Assembly (NCBI GenBank): GCA_039621445.1
Contig: CP154954.1
Coordinates: forward strand, 41,595,572-41,659,571
Source of the DNA: Euglena gracilis
Lineage: Eukaryota
Length of the DNA stretch: 64,000 nucleotides
Direction of reading: 5' to 3'
Below, one piece after another: positions 1 to 13,600 of this stretch. Made by a program: the position numbers and the translations under genes. Positions within the stretch are counted from its first letter, which is position 1. The number at the start of each line of letters is the position of its first letter. The notes under the pieces were generated by a model. It had not been told where the DNA came from. It did not search any database and worked only from the letters and a program-made list of their open reading frames with translations.

Positions 1-1631
1 ATTTAAGCCCCCCCCTGAAAAAAAACTTTTGTCCAAATCACCCCAACACCAGTCAAAACCCACCCAAATGGCTCCAGAACCCCCCAATCGGGGGTGGATA
101 TGCAAAAACTTGGGGGGGATATGCCCATTTTGGGCCACTTTTGGCAAAAGAACACCTCTCCCCATTGGATTTTCAATATAATGGCAAAATTTTGCACAAA
201 AAGGACTTAGCACTCAAGTATGCTGATGGCGTTTTCCTGTGTCCAAAGAGAATTTATGAGGTTATTTGAAGGAGTAGGGTTAGGGTTACGATTCTTATCC
301 AAACAGCAGAACATTTCCCGCTCAACGTTGTTAGATTGGTCTCTACAAGGTACCCAGCGAACCCAAAGAGCCGCCCAACTAGGGTTAAAAACATGGGGGG
401 ACCCGAGCGAGTCGCCGAAGGCGCTCCCCCATGTGTATTAACCCTAGTTGGGCGGCTCTTTGGGGTAGCTGGTACCTTGTAGGGCCCAATTTATCACGTT
501 TCTGAACAGCCGGCCTGTTGTCCTCTAACTTGAAATTCTTCAAGCCGGTCAATGAAGGAGTAGGAGGAGGTAGGGTTAAGTTATGGTCGGCCCGACCTCC
601 ACGATGGCGACCACCAGAAATCCGCACGGAACCGGGGGGGGGGGGGGTAGTGCAAAAAAATGGTGGTCGGCCCGACCTCCACAGGTCGGGCCGACCATGG
701 TCGGCCCGACCTAAATTGGTCGGCCCGACCATGGTCGGCCCGACCTCCACGATGACGACCACCGGAAATCCGCACGGAGCCGCCTTCCAGCTGTAATTAT
801 GTTTTAAAACTGCCTTTTTGACCTATTTGTATTCACAGATATGTATTCACAGATAGATATCGTTGGAGACAAGGCAGTACGGTTGGTCAAACCTTGGGAC
901 CCCCCCCTCCCCCCCCCCCCCTGTACCGTTCCAAACCCCCCTACTGGGGAGCTCCCTCCCCCCCCCTCCAACCCCCCAAGAAAAACAAAAAACAATCAAA
1001 AATGCAACAGCATTGGTCATCTTCCCGCAAGATGCAATCTGAACTCTGAACTGCACAAAATGCTTGTACAACGAAGGCAACCTCAATTGGACGAAAAATG
1101 TCGCAACTGTCTCGGGGGTAGGCAGTACAGTTGTGATTTTCTGGGGACCCCCCCCCCCTGTACAGCTTCCAACCCCCCCGGACCCCCCCCCCGGGCCTTG
1201 TCTCCGATCTAATGCATCATGGATCCATGGACCGTCTGACCAGTCAGACGGTCCATGTCAAGCAATCCAAACACAAACAGAAAAAGGCTGTGGTCTGTGA
1301 GCTCATTGGGTGAAAACAGATTTGGGCACAATTGAACAACACCACACCATTCGGAAATGCATCAAATTTGAAACTTTTTCTTCTTTTTCGACACGCAAAA
1401 ATGGTGTTTAAAATGTCACAATGTGCAATGTGAGTGTGTACATTCTGTGGAACATTGTGGAACATTCTGTGCAGACATTTCAACTGAAAGATGGCGGGAG
1501 AATGTTTTTGGAGGTGGCAAAAATTTGGAGGACAGAGGCAAAAATTCGAGGTTTTTGGGGCAAAATAGAATGGACAGGGGGCAGCATTTTTTGGACGGGG
1601 GGCAAAAATTTTGAAACGAGTGTGCAAAATA

Positions 1632-1836
1632 CCATGCCCCCCCCATTGTGTACCCCCCCCATTGTGTACCCCCTGGGGGGGGGGGGGAGGTACATAATGG
1701 GGGGGGTAGCACCACCTTCTCCCATGTCCCGCCAAAGAAAAACTTGCCCCCCCCATTGTGTACCTCCCCCCCATTATGTACCTCCTGCCCGGTTTTGGCC
1801 TCCCGGGGGGAGGTACATAAAGGGGGGGGGGCATGG
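1632..1836. mobile_element. TA-TSD MITE (Tc1/mariner-like), present in array copies 1-3
   Basis: TA|CCATGCCCC...GGGGCATGG|TA; the empty site GCAAAA-TA-TTTTGGG is seen in copy 4 at ~13294-13308; related element at ~31644-31792. Confidence 0.88.
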
Positions 1837-3724
1837 TATTTTGGGACGGGAGGCAGAAAAAAGGAGAGACCGGGCAAAATATAGTGAGTGTTAGCTATAA
1901 GGCCATTTTAGGCCATTTTAGGCCGTTTTAGGCCATTTTTAGCTATAGGTGCTTGGACGCAGGGGAGACACCCCCCATGGGTGACCATTGGCACCCATGA
2001 CCAATCATGTGTGCCCAATGCCAAAAATGGCAAGGGTGGTCTACTCAGGTTCAACCCCCCCCCCGATCCAGTGCAGATGATCGGAGGTGCGGGACCCCCC
2101 CCTTCCCAGGAGCCATTTTTGACCCGAAAATGACCTCACCCCCAAATTCCAAAAAAACCCTCCAAATGCTCAAAATATCAATAAATTTGATGTTTTAGAA
2201 TCCAATTCTCCAAAACAATTGTCAAAAAAAGCCCAAATTCGCATTTTGAGGGCAAAACCAATCCACTGCCAAAAAGTGCCAAAGAGGCAAAAGGTAGCGC
2301 ATTGGTGAAACATTTGGAAAAGCTTTGGAACGGGGGGCAACATGGACCCTCAAAAAACACGATGCAAAAAAAGGATTTCATTTTGTGTAAAAAAAGGAAT
2401 TTTGTCACCAAAAAAATGCAAAAAAAAAAAAAGCAAAAATTCTGGTCTCGGGGGGAAATCGGGGCCCCTTCAAACCTTGGCCCAAAAACACTTGTCTCGA
2501 AATCGGCCCAAACACGGCTTCAGGGGGTGGGCCTGGGTCACGGGGGGGGGGGGGGTCACGGGGGATACACCCTCCATTTCACACAAAATTTGAGCCTTTT
2601 TTGTCCATTATCAGGTAAGTTTTGCCAGTCCATTGAAAATGGGACACCCGTTGAGCAATTTTAGTTATTCGATTAATTTGTGAACAAAAATCCACACAAT
2701 GACAAGAGAATGACCCAAAAATAGGCCAAAAAGGTCAAAATTGGTCAAAAAAATTCCAAAATTGGCAAAATTGACAAAAATTGGCGAAAAATGACTTCAA
2801 ATGGACAAAAATGCAGCCTCCACCAACGATGAACATGATCTTGAAGGGAGATTAACGGCGAACTTCTGAATTGGCTCGGGTCATTTTCCTGTGAGTCACA
2901 CGGCTGTCCGACGGCTGGCCGACGGCTGGCCGACGGCGTGCTCCCCCTATTAGTTGGGATATATATAAAAAAGGGCCTTGTGGGGCTGTGCTCCTCCACC
3001 AAATCCACTGTTCACCGTCCACATTGACAAAAGACACCAAAAGTCATTACCTGAATGGCTACAGTTGTTACAAAAAAAATTGTTGTGCAACAAAAAATTT
3101 TACATTTATAGCTAACCCCTCCAAATTCTGCCCCCCCGTCCCAAAATATGGTGCCTCCTGGACCCCTCACTTTTGCCAGGGTTCCAAGAAATATTTGCCA
3201 CCCGGGTAAAATTTTTTGCCACAAATCCCATCACTTTTGCCCTTGAGACCCGAAACTTTTGCCAACTGCAAAAAAAAATTTCCGTTAATGTGAAAAGGAA
3301 ACGTCCAGCAGAATCAGCATAAATTAACAGAAATACGCCAAATAAATGTGATCATCAATCCAAATAATAACAATTGAAATTTCACAGGATGTTGCAGACA
3401 GCTCTCCAAAAGGAAATTTGTTTGATACCCTACAAAAAAAACTGTGTTTGGGGAAAGAATGAGAGGTGCGGATGAATGCCTAAACAGTAAAAATCAACAG
3501 CAACGTAATGGTTGTGATTCACACGAGAGAGTTTGGGGTGCAGGTTGAGGGAAACGGTGAACACAACGCACAGCGTGTTTGGCAATGAGGGGTGAAGGCA
3601 CTTTTGGTCCATGTGTGAGGGTCATTCCACACAAAAATGTGTTCAAAGAGGCACAGCAAAAATATTCCGAGCCTTTGTAAAGAGAGGGACGGGTAACAAA
3701 AGAACCAATCCCACTGCCTTCCAG

Positions 3725-4659
3725 GGCCCCGAGCGGATTTCCGGTGGTGGTCGCTGTGGAGGTCGGGCCGACCATGGTCGGCCCGACCATGGTCGGCCCG
3801 ACCATGACCCCCTGTGGAGGTCGGCCCGACCTGGTCGGCCCGACCACCATTTTTTTGCACTACCCCCCCCCTTTCTGGAGATTTAAGCCCCCCCCCTGAA
3901 AAAAAACTTTTGTCCAAATCACCCCAACACCAGTCAAAACCCACCCAAATGGCTCCAGAACCCCCCAATCGGGGGTGGATATGCAAAAACTTGGGGGGGA
4001 TATGCCCATTTTGGGCCACTTTTGGCAAAAGAACACCTCTCCCCATTGGATTTTCAATATAATGGCAAAATTTTGCACAAAAAGGACTTAGCACTCAAGT
4101 ATGCTGATGGCGTTTTCCTGTGTCCAAAGAGAATTTATGAGGTTATTTGAAGGAGTAGGGTTAGGGTTACGATTCTTATCCAAACAGCAGAACATTTCCC
4201 GCTCAACGTTGTTAGATTGGTCTCTACAAGGTACCCAGCGAACCCAAAGAGCCGCCCAACTAGGGTTAAAAACATGGGGGGACCCGAGCGAGTCGCCGAA
4301 GGCGCTCCCCCATGTGTATTAACCCTAGTTGGGCGGCTCTTTGGGGTAGCTGGTACCTTGTAGGGCCCAATTTATCACGTTTCTGAACAGCCGGCCTGTT
4401 GTCCTCTAACTTGAAATTCTTCAAGCCGGTCAATGAAGGAGTAGGAGGAGGTAGGGTTAAGTTATGGTCGGCCCGACCTCCACGATGGCGACCACCAGAA
4501 ATCCGCACGGAACCGGGGGGGGGGGTAGTGCAAAAAAATGGTGGTCGGCCCGACCTCCACAGGTCGGGCCGACCATGGTCGGCCCGACCTAAATTGGTCG
4601 GCCCGACCATGGTCGGCCCGACCTCCACGATGACGACCACCGGAAATCCGCACGGAGCC
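3725..4659. mobile_element. Mutator-like foldback element with 9-bp TSD (repeated in each array unit)
   Basis: Long imperfect TIRs GGCCCCGAGCGGATTTCCGGTGG.../...CCGGAAATCCGCACGGAGCC rich in GGTCGG(G/C)CCGACC motifs; TSD GCCTTCCAG at 3716-3724 and 4660-4668. Confidence 0.8.
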
Positions 4660-7600
4660 GCCTTCCAGCTGTAATTATGTTTTAAAACTGCCTTTTTGAC
4701 CTATTTGTATTCACAGATATGTATTCACAGATAGATATCGTTGGAGACAAGGCAGTACGGTTGGTCAAACCTTGGGACCCCCCCTCCCCCCCCCCTCCTG
4801 TACAGTTCCAACCCCCCCTCCTGGGAACCCCCCTCCCCCCACTTCCAACCCCCCAAGAAAAACAAAAAAACAATCAAAAATGCAACAGCATTGGTCATCT
4901 TCCCGCAAGATGCAATCTGAACTCTGAACTGCACAAAATGCTTGTACAACGAAGGCAACCTCAATTGGACGAAAAATGTCGCAACTGTCTCGGGGGTAGG
5001 CAGTACAGTTGTGATTTTCTGGGGACCCCCCCCCCTGTACAGCTTCCAACCCCCCCGGACCCCCCCCCCCGGGCCTTGTCTCCGATCTAATGCATCATGG
5101 ATCCATGGACCGTCTGACCAGTCAGACGGTCCATGTCAAGCAATCCAAACACAAACAGAAAAAGGCTGTGGTCTGTGAGCTCATTGGGTGAAAACAGATT
5201 TGGGCACAATTGAACAACACCACACCATTCGGAAATGCATCAAATTTGAAACTTTTTCTTCTTTTTCGACACGCAAAAATGGTGTTTAAAATGTCACAAT
5301 GTGCAATGTGAGTGTGTACATTCTGTGGAACATTGTGGAACATTCTGTGCAGACATTTCAACTGAAAATGGCGGGAGAATGTTTTTGGAGGTGGCAAAAA
5401 TTTGGAGGACAGAGGCAAAAATTCGAGGTTTTTGGGGCAAAATAGAATGGACAGGGGGCAGCATTTTTTGGACGGGGGGCAAAAATTTTGAAACGAGTGT
5501 GCAAAATACCATGCCCCCCCCCATTGTGTACCCCCCCCATTGTGTACCCCCTGGGGGGGGGGGGAGGTACATAATGGGGGGGGGTAGCACCACCTTCTCC
5601 CATGTCCCGCCAAAGAAAAACTTGCCCCCCCCATTGTGTACCTCCCCCCCATTATGTACCTCCTGCCCGGTTTTGGCCTCCCGGGGGGAGGTACATAAAG
5701 GGGGGGGGGCATGGTATTTTGGGACGGGAGGCAGAAAAAAGGAGAGACCGGGCAAAATATAGTGAGTGTTAGCTATAAGGCCATTTTAGGCCATTTTAGG
5801 CCGTTTTAGGCCATTTTTAGCTATAGGTGCTTGGACGCAGGGGAGACACCCCCCATGGGTGACCATTGGCACCCATGACCAATCATGTGTGCCCAATGCC
5901 AAAAATGGCAAGGGTGGTCTACTCAGGTTCAACCCCCCCCCCCCGATCCAGTGCAGATGATCGGAGGTGCGGGACCCCCCCCTTCCCAGGAGCCATTTTT
6001 GACCCGAAAATGACCTCACCCCCAAATTCCAAAAAAACCCTCCAAATGCTCAAAATATCAATAAATTTGATGTTTTAGAATCCAATTCTCCAAAACAATT
6101 GTCAAAAAAAGCCCAAATTCGCATTTTGAGGGCAAAACCAATCCACTGCCAAAAAGTGCCAAAGAGGCAAAAGGTAGCGCATTGGTGAAACATTTGGAAA
6201 AGCTTTGGAACGGGGGGCAACATGGACCCTCAAAAAACACGATGCAAAAAAAGGATTTCATTTTGTGTAAAAAAAGGAATTTTGTCACCAAAAAAAAATG
6301 CAAAAAGGGGGAAAAAATTGCAAAAATTCTGGTCTCGGGGGGAAATCGGGGCCCCTTCAAACCTTGGCCCAAAAACACTTGTCTCGAAATCGGCCCAAAC
6401 ACGGCTTCAGGGGGTGGGCCTGGGTCACGGGGGGGGGGGGGGGGCACGGGGGATACACCCTCCATTTCACACAAAATTTGAGCCTTTTTTGTCCATTATC
6501 AGGTAAGTTTTGCCAGTCCATTGAAAATGGGACACCCGTTGAGCAATTTTAGTTATTCGATTAATTTGTGAACAAAAATCCACACAATGACAAGAGAATG
6601 ACCCAAAAATAGGCCAAAAAGGTCAAAATTGGTCAAAAAAATTCCAAAATTGGCAAAATTGACAAAAATTGGCGAAAAATGACTTCAAATGGACAAAAAT
6701 GCAGCCTCCACCAACGATGAACATGATCTTGAAGGGAGATTAACGGCGAACTTCTGAATTGGCTCGGGTCATTTTCCTGTGAGTCACACGGCTGTCCGAC
6801 GGCTGGCCGACGGCTGGCCGACGGCGTGCTCCCCCTATTAGTTGGGATATATATAAAAAAGGGCCTTGTGGGGCTGTGCTCCTCCACCAAATCCACTGTT
6901 CACCGTCCACATTGACAAAAGACACCAAAAGTCATTACCTGAATGGCTACAGTTGTTACAAAAAAAATTGTTGTGCAACAAAAAATTTTCCATTTATAGC
7001 TAACCCCTCCAAATTCTGCCCCCCCGTCCCAAAATATGGTGCCTCCTGGACCCCTCACTTTTGCCAGGGTTCCAAGAAATATTTGCCACCCGGGTAAAAT
7101 TTTTTGCCACAAATCCCATCACTTTTGCCCTTGAGACCCGAAACTTTTGCCAACTGCAAAAAAAAATTTCCGTTAATGTGAAAAGGAAACGTCCAGCAGA
7201 ATCAGCATAAATTAACAGAAATACGCCAAATAAATGTGATCATCAATCCAAATAATAACAATTGAAATTTCACAGGATGTTGCAGACAGCTCTCCAAAAG
7301 GAAATTTGTTTGATACCCTACAAAAAAAACTTCAACTGTGTTTGGGGAAAGAATGAGAGGTGCGGATGAATGCCTAAACAGTAAAAATCAACAGCAACGT
7401 AATGGTTGTGATTCACACGAGAGAGTTTGGGGTGCAGGTTGAGGGAAACGGTGAACACAACGCACAGCGTGTTTGGCAATGAGGGGTGAAGGCACTTTTG
7501 GTCCATGTGTGAGGGTCATTCCACACAAAAATGTGTTCAAAGAGGCACAGCAAAAATATTCCGAGCCTTTGTAAAGAGAGGGACGGGTAACAAAAGAACC

Positions 7601-10600
7601 AATCCCACTGCCTTCCAGGGCCCCGAGCGGATTTCCGGTGGTGGTCGCTGTGGAGGTCGGGCCGACCATGGTCGGCCCGACCATGACCCCCTGTGGAGGT
7701 CGGCCCGACCTGGTCGGCCCGACCACCATTTTTTTGCACTACCCCCCCCCTTTCTGGAGATTTAAGCCCCCCCCCCTGAAAAAAACTTTTGTCCAAATCA
7801 CCCCAACACCAGTCAAAACCCACCCAAATGGCTCCAGAACCCCCCAATCGGGGGTGGATATGCAAAAACTTGGGGGGGATATGCCCATTTTGGGCCACTT
7901 TTGGCAAAAGAACACCTCTCCCCATTGGATTTTCAATATAATGGCAAAATTTTGCACAAAAAGGACTTAGCACTCAAGTATGCTGATGGCGTTTTCCTGT
8001 GTCCAAAGAGAATTTATGAGGTTATTTGAAGGAGTAGGGTTAGGGTTACGATTATTATCCAAACAGCAGAACATTTCCCGCTCAACGTTGTTAGATTGGT
8101 CTCTACAAGGTACCCAGCGAACCCAAAGAGCCGCCCAACTAGGGTTAAAAACATGGGGGGACCCGAGCGAGTCGCCGAAGGCGCCGAGCGAGGGTTCCCC
8201 CATGTGTATTAACCCTAGTTGGGCGGCTCTTTGGGGTAGCTGGTACCTTGTAGGGCCCAATTTATCACGTTTCTGAACAGCCGGCCTGTTGTCCTCTAAC
8301 TTGAAATTCTTCAAGCCGGTCAATGAAGGAGTAGGAGGAGGTAGGGTTAAGTTATGGTCGGCCCGACCTCCACGATGGCGACCACCAGAAATCCGCACGG
8401 AACCGGGGGGGGGGGGTAGTGCAAAAAAATGGTGGTCGGCCCGACCTCCACAGGTCGGGCCGACCATGGTCGGCCCGACCTAAATTGGTCGGCCCGACCA
8501 TGGTCGGCCCGACCTCCACGATGACGACCACCGGAAATCCGCACGGAGCCGCCTTCCAGCTGTAATTATGTTTTAAAACTGCCTTTTTGACCTATTTGTA
8601 TTCACAGATATGTATTCACAGATAGATATCGTTGGAGACAAGGCAGTACGGTTGGTCAAACCTTGGGACCCCCCCTCCCCCCCCCCTCCTGTACAGTTCC
8701 AACCCCCCCTCCTGGGAACCCCCCTCCCCCCACTTCCAACCCCCCAAGAAAAACAAAAAACAATCAAAAATGCAACAGCATTGGTCATCTTCCCGCAAGA
8801 TGCAATCTGAACTCTGAACTGCACAAAATGCTTGTACAACGAAGGCAACCTCAATTGGACGAAAAATGTCGCAACTGTCTCGGGGGTAGGCAGTACAGTT
8901 GTGATTTTCTGGGGACCCCCCCCCCTGTACAGCCTCCAACCCCCCCCCGCGCCCCCCCCGCGCCTTGTCTCCGATCTAATGCATCATGGATCCATGGACC
9001 GTCTGACCAGTCAGACGGTCCATGTCAAGCAATCCAAACACAAACAGAAAAAGGCTGTGGTCTGTGAGCTCATTGGGTGAAAACAGATTTGGGCACAATT
9101 GAACAACACCACACCATTCGGAAATGCATCAAATTTGAAACTTTTTCTTCTTTTTCGACACGCAAAAATGGTGTTTAAAATGTCACAATGTGCAATGTGA
9201 GTGTGTACATTCTGTGGAACATTGTGGAACATTCTGTGCAGACATTTCAACTGAAAATGGCGGGAGAATGTTTTTGGAGGTGGCAAAAATTTGGAGGACA
9301 GAGGCAAAAATTCGAGGTTTTTGGGGCAAAATAGAATGGACAGGGGGCAGCATTTTTTGGACGGGGGGCAAAAATTTTGAAACGAGTGTGCAAAATACCA
9401 TGCCCCCCCCCATTGTGTACCCCCCCCTGGGGGGGGGGGGAGGTACATAATGGGGGGGGTAGCACCACCTTCTCCCATGTCCCGCCAAAGAAAAACTTGC
9501 CCCCCCCATTGTGTACCTCCCCCCCATTATGTACCTCCTGCCCGGTTTTGGCCTCCCGGGGGGAGGTACATAAAGGGGGGGGGGGCATGGTATTTTGGGA
9601 CGGGAGGCAGAAAAAAGGAGAGACCGGGCAAAATATAGTGAGTGTTAGCTATAAGGCCATTTTAGGCCATTTTAGGCCGTTTTAGGCCATTTTTAGCTAT
9701 AGGTGCTTGGACGCAGGGGAGACACCCCCCATGGGTGACCATTGGCACCCATGACCAATCATGTGTGCCCAATGCCAAAAATGGCAAGGGTGGTCTACTC
9801 AGGTTCAACCCCCCCCCCGATCCAGTGCAGATGATCGGAGGTGCGGGACCCCCCCCTTCCCAGGAGCCATTTTTGACCCGAAAATGACCTCACCCCCAAA
9901 TTCCAAAAAAAACCCTCCAAATGCTCAAAATATCAATAAATTTGATGTTTTAGAATCCAATTCTCCAAAACAATTGTCAAAAAAAGCCCAAATTCGCATT
10001 TTGAGGGCAAAACCAATCCACTGCCAAAAAGTGCCAAAGAGGCAAAAGGTAGCGCATTGGTGAAACATTTGGAAAAGCTTTGGAACGGGGGGCAACATGG
10101 ACCCTCAAAAAACACGATGCAAAAAAAGGATTTCATTTTGTGTAAAAAAAGGAATTTTGTCACCAAAAAAAAATGCAAAAAGGGGGAAAAAATTGCAAAA
10201 ATTCTGGTCTCGGGGGGAAATCGGGGCCCCTTCAAACCTTGGCCCAAAAACACTTGTCTCGAAATCGGCCCAAACACGGCTTCAGGGGGTGGGCCTGGGT
10301 CGTGGGGGGGGGGGGGGGGGGGTCACGGGGGATACACCCTCCATTTCACACAAAATTTGAGCCTTTTTTGTCCATTATCAGGTAAGTTTTGCCAGTCCAT
10401 TGAAAATGGGACACCCGTTGAGCAATTTTAGTTATTCGATTAATTTGTGAACAAAAATCCACACAATGACAAGAGAATGACCCAAAAATAGGCCAAAAAG
10501 GTCAAAATTGGTCAAAAAAATTCCAAAATTGGCAAAATTAACAAAAATTGGCGAAAAATGACTTCAAATGGACAAAAATGCAGCCTCCACCAACGATGAA

Positions 10601-13600
10601 CATGATCTTGAAGGGAGATTAACGGCGAACTTCTGAATTGGCTCGGGTCATTTTCCTGTGAGTCACACGGCTGTCCGACGGCTGGCCGACGGCTGGCCGA
10701 CGGCGTGCTCCCCCTATTAGTTGGGATATATAAAAAAGGGCCTTGTGGGGCTGTGCTCCTCCACCAAATCCACTGTTCACCGTCCACATTGACAAAAGAC
10801 ACCAAAAGTCATTACCTGAATGGCTACAGTTGTTACAAAAAAAATTGTTGTGCAACAAAAAATTTTCCATTTATAGCTAACCCCTCCAAATTCTGCCCCC
10901 CCGTCCCAAAATATGGTGCCTCCTGGACCCCTCACTTTTGCCAGGGTTCCAAGAAATATTTGCCACCCGGGTAAAATTTTTTTCTACAAATTCTATCACT
11001 TTTGCCCTTGAGACCCGAAACTTTTGCCAACTGCAAAAAAAAATTTCCGTTAATGTGAAAAGGAAACGTCCAGCAGAATCAGCATAAATTAACAGAAATA
11101 CACCAAATAAATGTGATCATCAATCCAAATAATAACAATTGAAATTTCACAGGATGTTGCAGACAGCTCTCCAAAAGGAAATTTGTTTGATACCCTACAA
11201 AAAAAACTTCAACTGTGTTTGGGGAAAGAATGAGAGGTGCGGATGAATGCCTAAACAGTAAAAATCAACAGCAACGTAATGGTTGTGATTCACACGAGAG
11301 AGTTTGGGGTGCAGGTTGAGGGAAACGGTGAACACAACGCACAGCGTGTTTGGCAATGAGGGGTGAAGGCACTTTTGGTCCATGTGTGAGGGTCATTCCA
11401 CACAAAAATGTGTTCAAAGAGGCACAGCAAAAATATTCCGAGCCTTTGTAAAGAGAGGGACGGGTAACAAAAGAACCAATCCCACTGCCTTCCAGGGCCC
11501 CGAGCGGATTTCCGGTGGTGGTCGCTGTGGAGGTCGGGCCGACCATGGTCGGCCCGACCATGGTCGGCCCGACCATGACCCCCTGTGGAGGTCGGCCCGA
11601 CCTGGTCGGCCCGACCACCATTTTTTTGCACTACCCCCCCCCTTTCTGGAGATTTAAGCCCCCCCCCCTGAAAAAAACTTTTGTCCAAATCACCCCAACA
11701 CCAGTCAAAACCCACCCAAATGGCTCCAGAACCCCCCAATCGGGGGTGGATATGCAAAAACTTGGGGGGGATATGCCCATTTTGGGCCACTTTTGGCAAA
11801 AGAACACCTCTCCCCATTGGATTTTCAATATAATGGCAAATTTTGCACAAAAAGGACTTAGCACTCAAGTATGCTGATGGCGTTTTCCTGTGTCCAAAGA
11901 GAATTTATGAGGTTATTTGAAGGAGTAGGGTTAGGGTTACGATTCTTATCCAAACAGCAGAACATTTCCCGCTCAACGTTGTTAGATTGGTCTCTACAAG
12001 GTACCCAGCGAACCCAAAGAGCCGCCCAACTAGGGTTAAAAACATGGGGGGACCCGAGCGAGTCGCCGAAGGCGCCGAGCGAGGGTTCCCCCATGTGTAT
12101 TAACCCTAGTTGGGCGGCTCTTTGGGGTAGCTGGTACCTTGTAGGGCCCAATTTATCACGTTTCTGAACAGCCGGCCTGTTGTCCTCTAACTTGAAATTC
12201 TTCAAGCCGGTCAATGAAGGAGGAGGAGGAGGTAGGGTAGGGTTAGGTTATGGTCGGCCCGACCTCCACGATGGGGACCACCAGAAATCCGCCCGGAACC
12301 GGGGGGGGGGGGTAGTGCAAAAAAATGGTGGTCGGCCCGACCTCCACAGGTCGGGCCGACCATGGTCGGCCCGACCTAAATTGGTCGGCCCGACCATGGT
12401 CGGCCCGACCTCCACGATGACGACCACCGGAAATCCGCACGGAGCCGCCTTCCAGCTGTAATTATGTTTTAAAACTGCCTTTTTGACCTATTTGTATTCA
12501 CAGATATGTATATATTCCACCAGATAGGTATCGTTGGAGACAAGGCAGTACGGTTGGTCAAACCTTGGGACCCCCCCCTCCCCCCCCCCTCCTGTGCAGT
12601 TCCCACCCCCCCTACTGGGAACCTCCCTCCCCCACTTCCAACCCCCCAAGAAAAACAAAAAAACAATCAAAAATGCAACAGCATTGGTCATCTTCCCGCA
12701 AGATGCAATCTGAACTCTGAACTGCACAAAATGCTTGTACAACGAAGGCAACCTCAATTGGACGAAAAATGTCGCAACTGTCTCGGGGGTAGGCAGTACA
12801 GTTGTGATTTTCTGGGGACCCCCCCCCGTTACAGCTTCCAAACCCCCCTTGCCCCCCCCCCCCGGGCCTTGACTCCGATTTAATGCATCATGGAACGATG
12901 GACCTTCTGCTCAGTCACACGGAAAATGTTAAGCAATCCAAACACAACCCGAAAAAGGCTGTAGTCTGTGAGATCATTGGTTGAAAACAGATTTGAGCAA
13001 AGTTGAACAAAACCACACCAAACGTAAATGCATCAAAATTTGAAACTTTTTTCGTCTTTTCGACACGCAAAATGGTGTTTAAAATGTCACAATGTGCAAT
13101 GTGAGTGTGTACATTCTGTGGAACATTGTGGAACATTCTGTGCAGACATTTCAACTGAAAATGGCGGGAGAATGTTTTTGGAGGTGGCAAAAATTTGGAG
13201 GACAGAGGCAAAAATTCGAGGTTTTTGAGGCAAAATAGAATGGACAGGGGGCAGCATTTTTTGGACGGGGGGCAAAAATTTTGAAACGAGTGTGCAAAAT
13301 ATTTTGGGACGGGAGGCAGAAAAAAGGAGAGACCGGGCAAAATATAGTGAGTGTTAGCTATAAGGCCATTTTAGGCCATTTTAGGCCGTTTTAGGCTATT
13401 TTTAGCTATAGGTGCTTGGACGCAGGGGAGACACCCCCCATGGGTGACCATTGGCACCCATGACCAATCATGTGTGCCCAATGCCAAAAATGGCAAGGGT
13501 GGTCTACTCAGGTTCAACCCCCCCCCCCGATCCAGTGCAGATGATCGGAGGTGCGGGACCCCCCCCTTCCCAGGAGCCATTTTTGACCCGAAAATGACCT

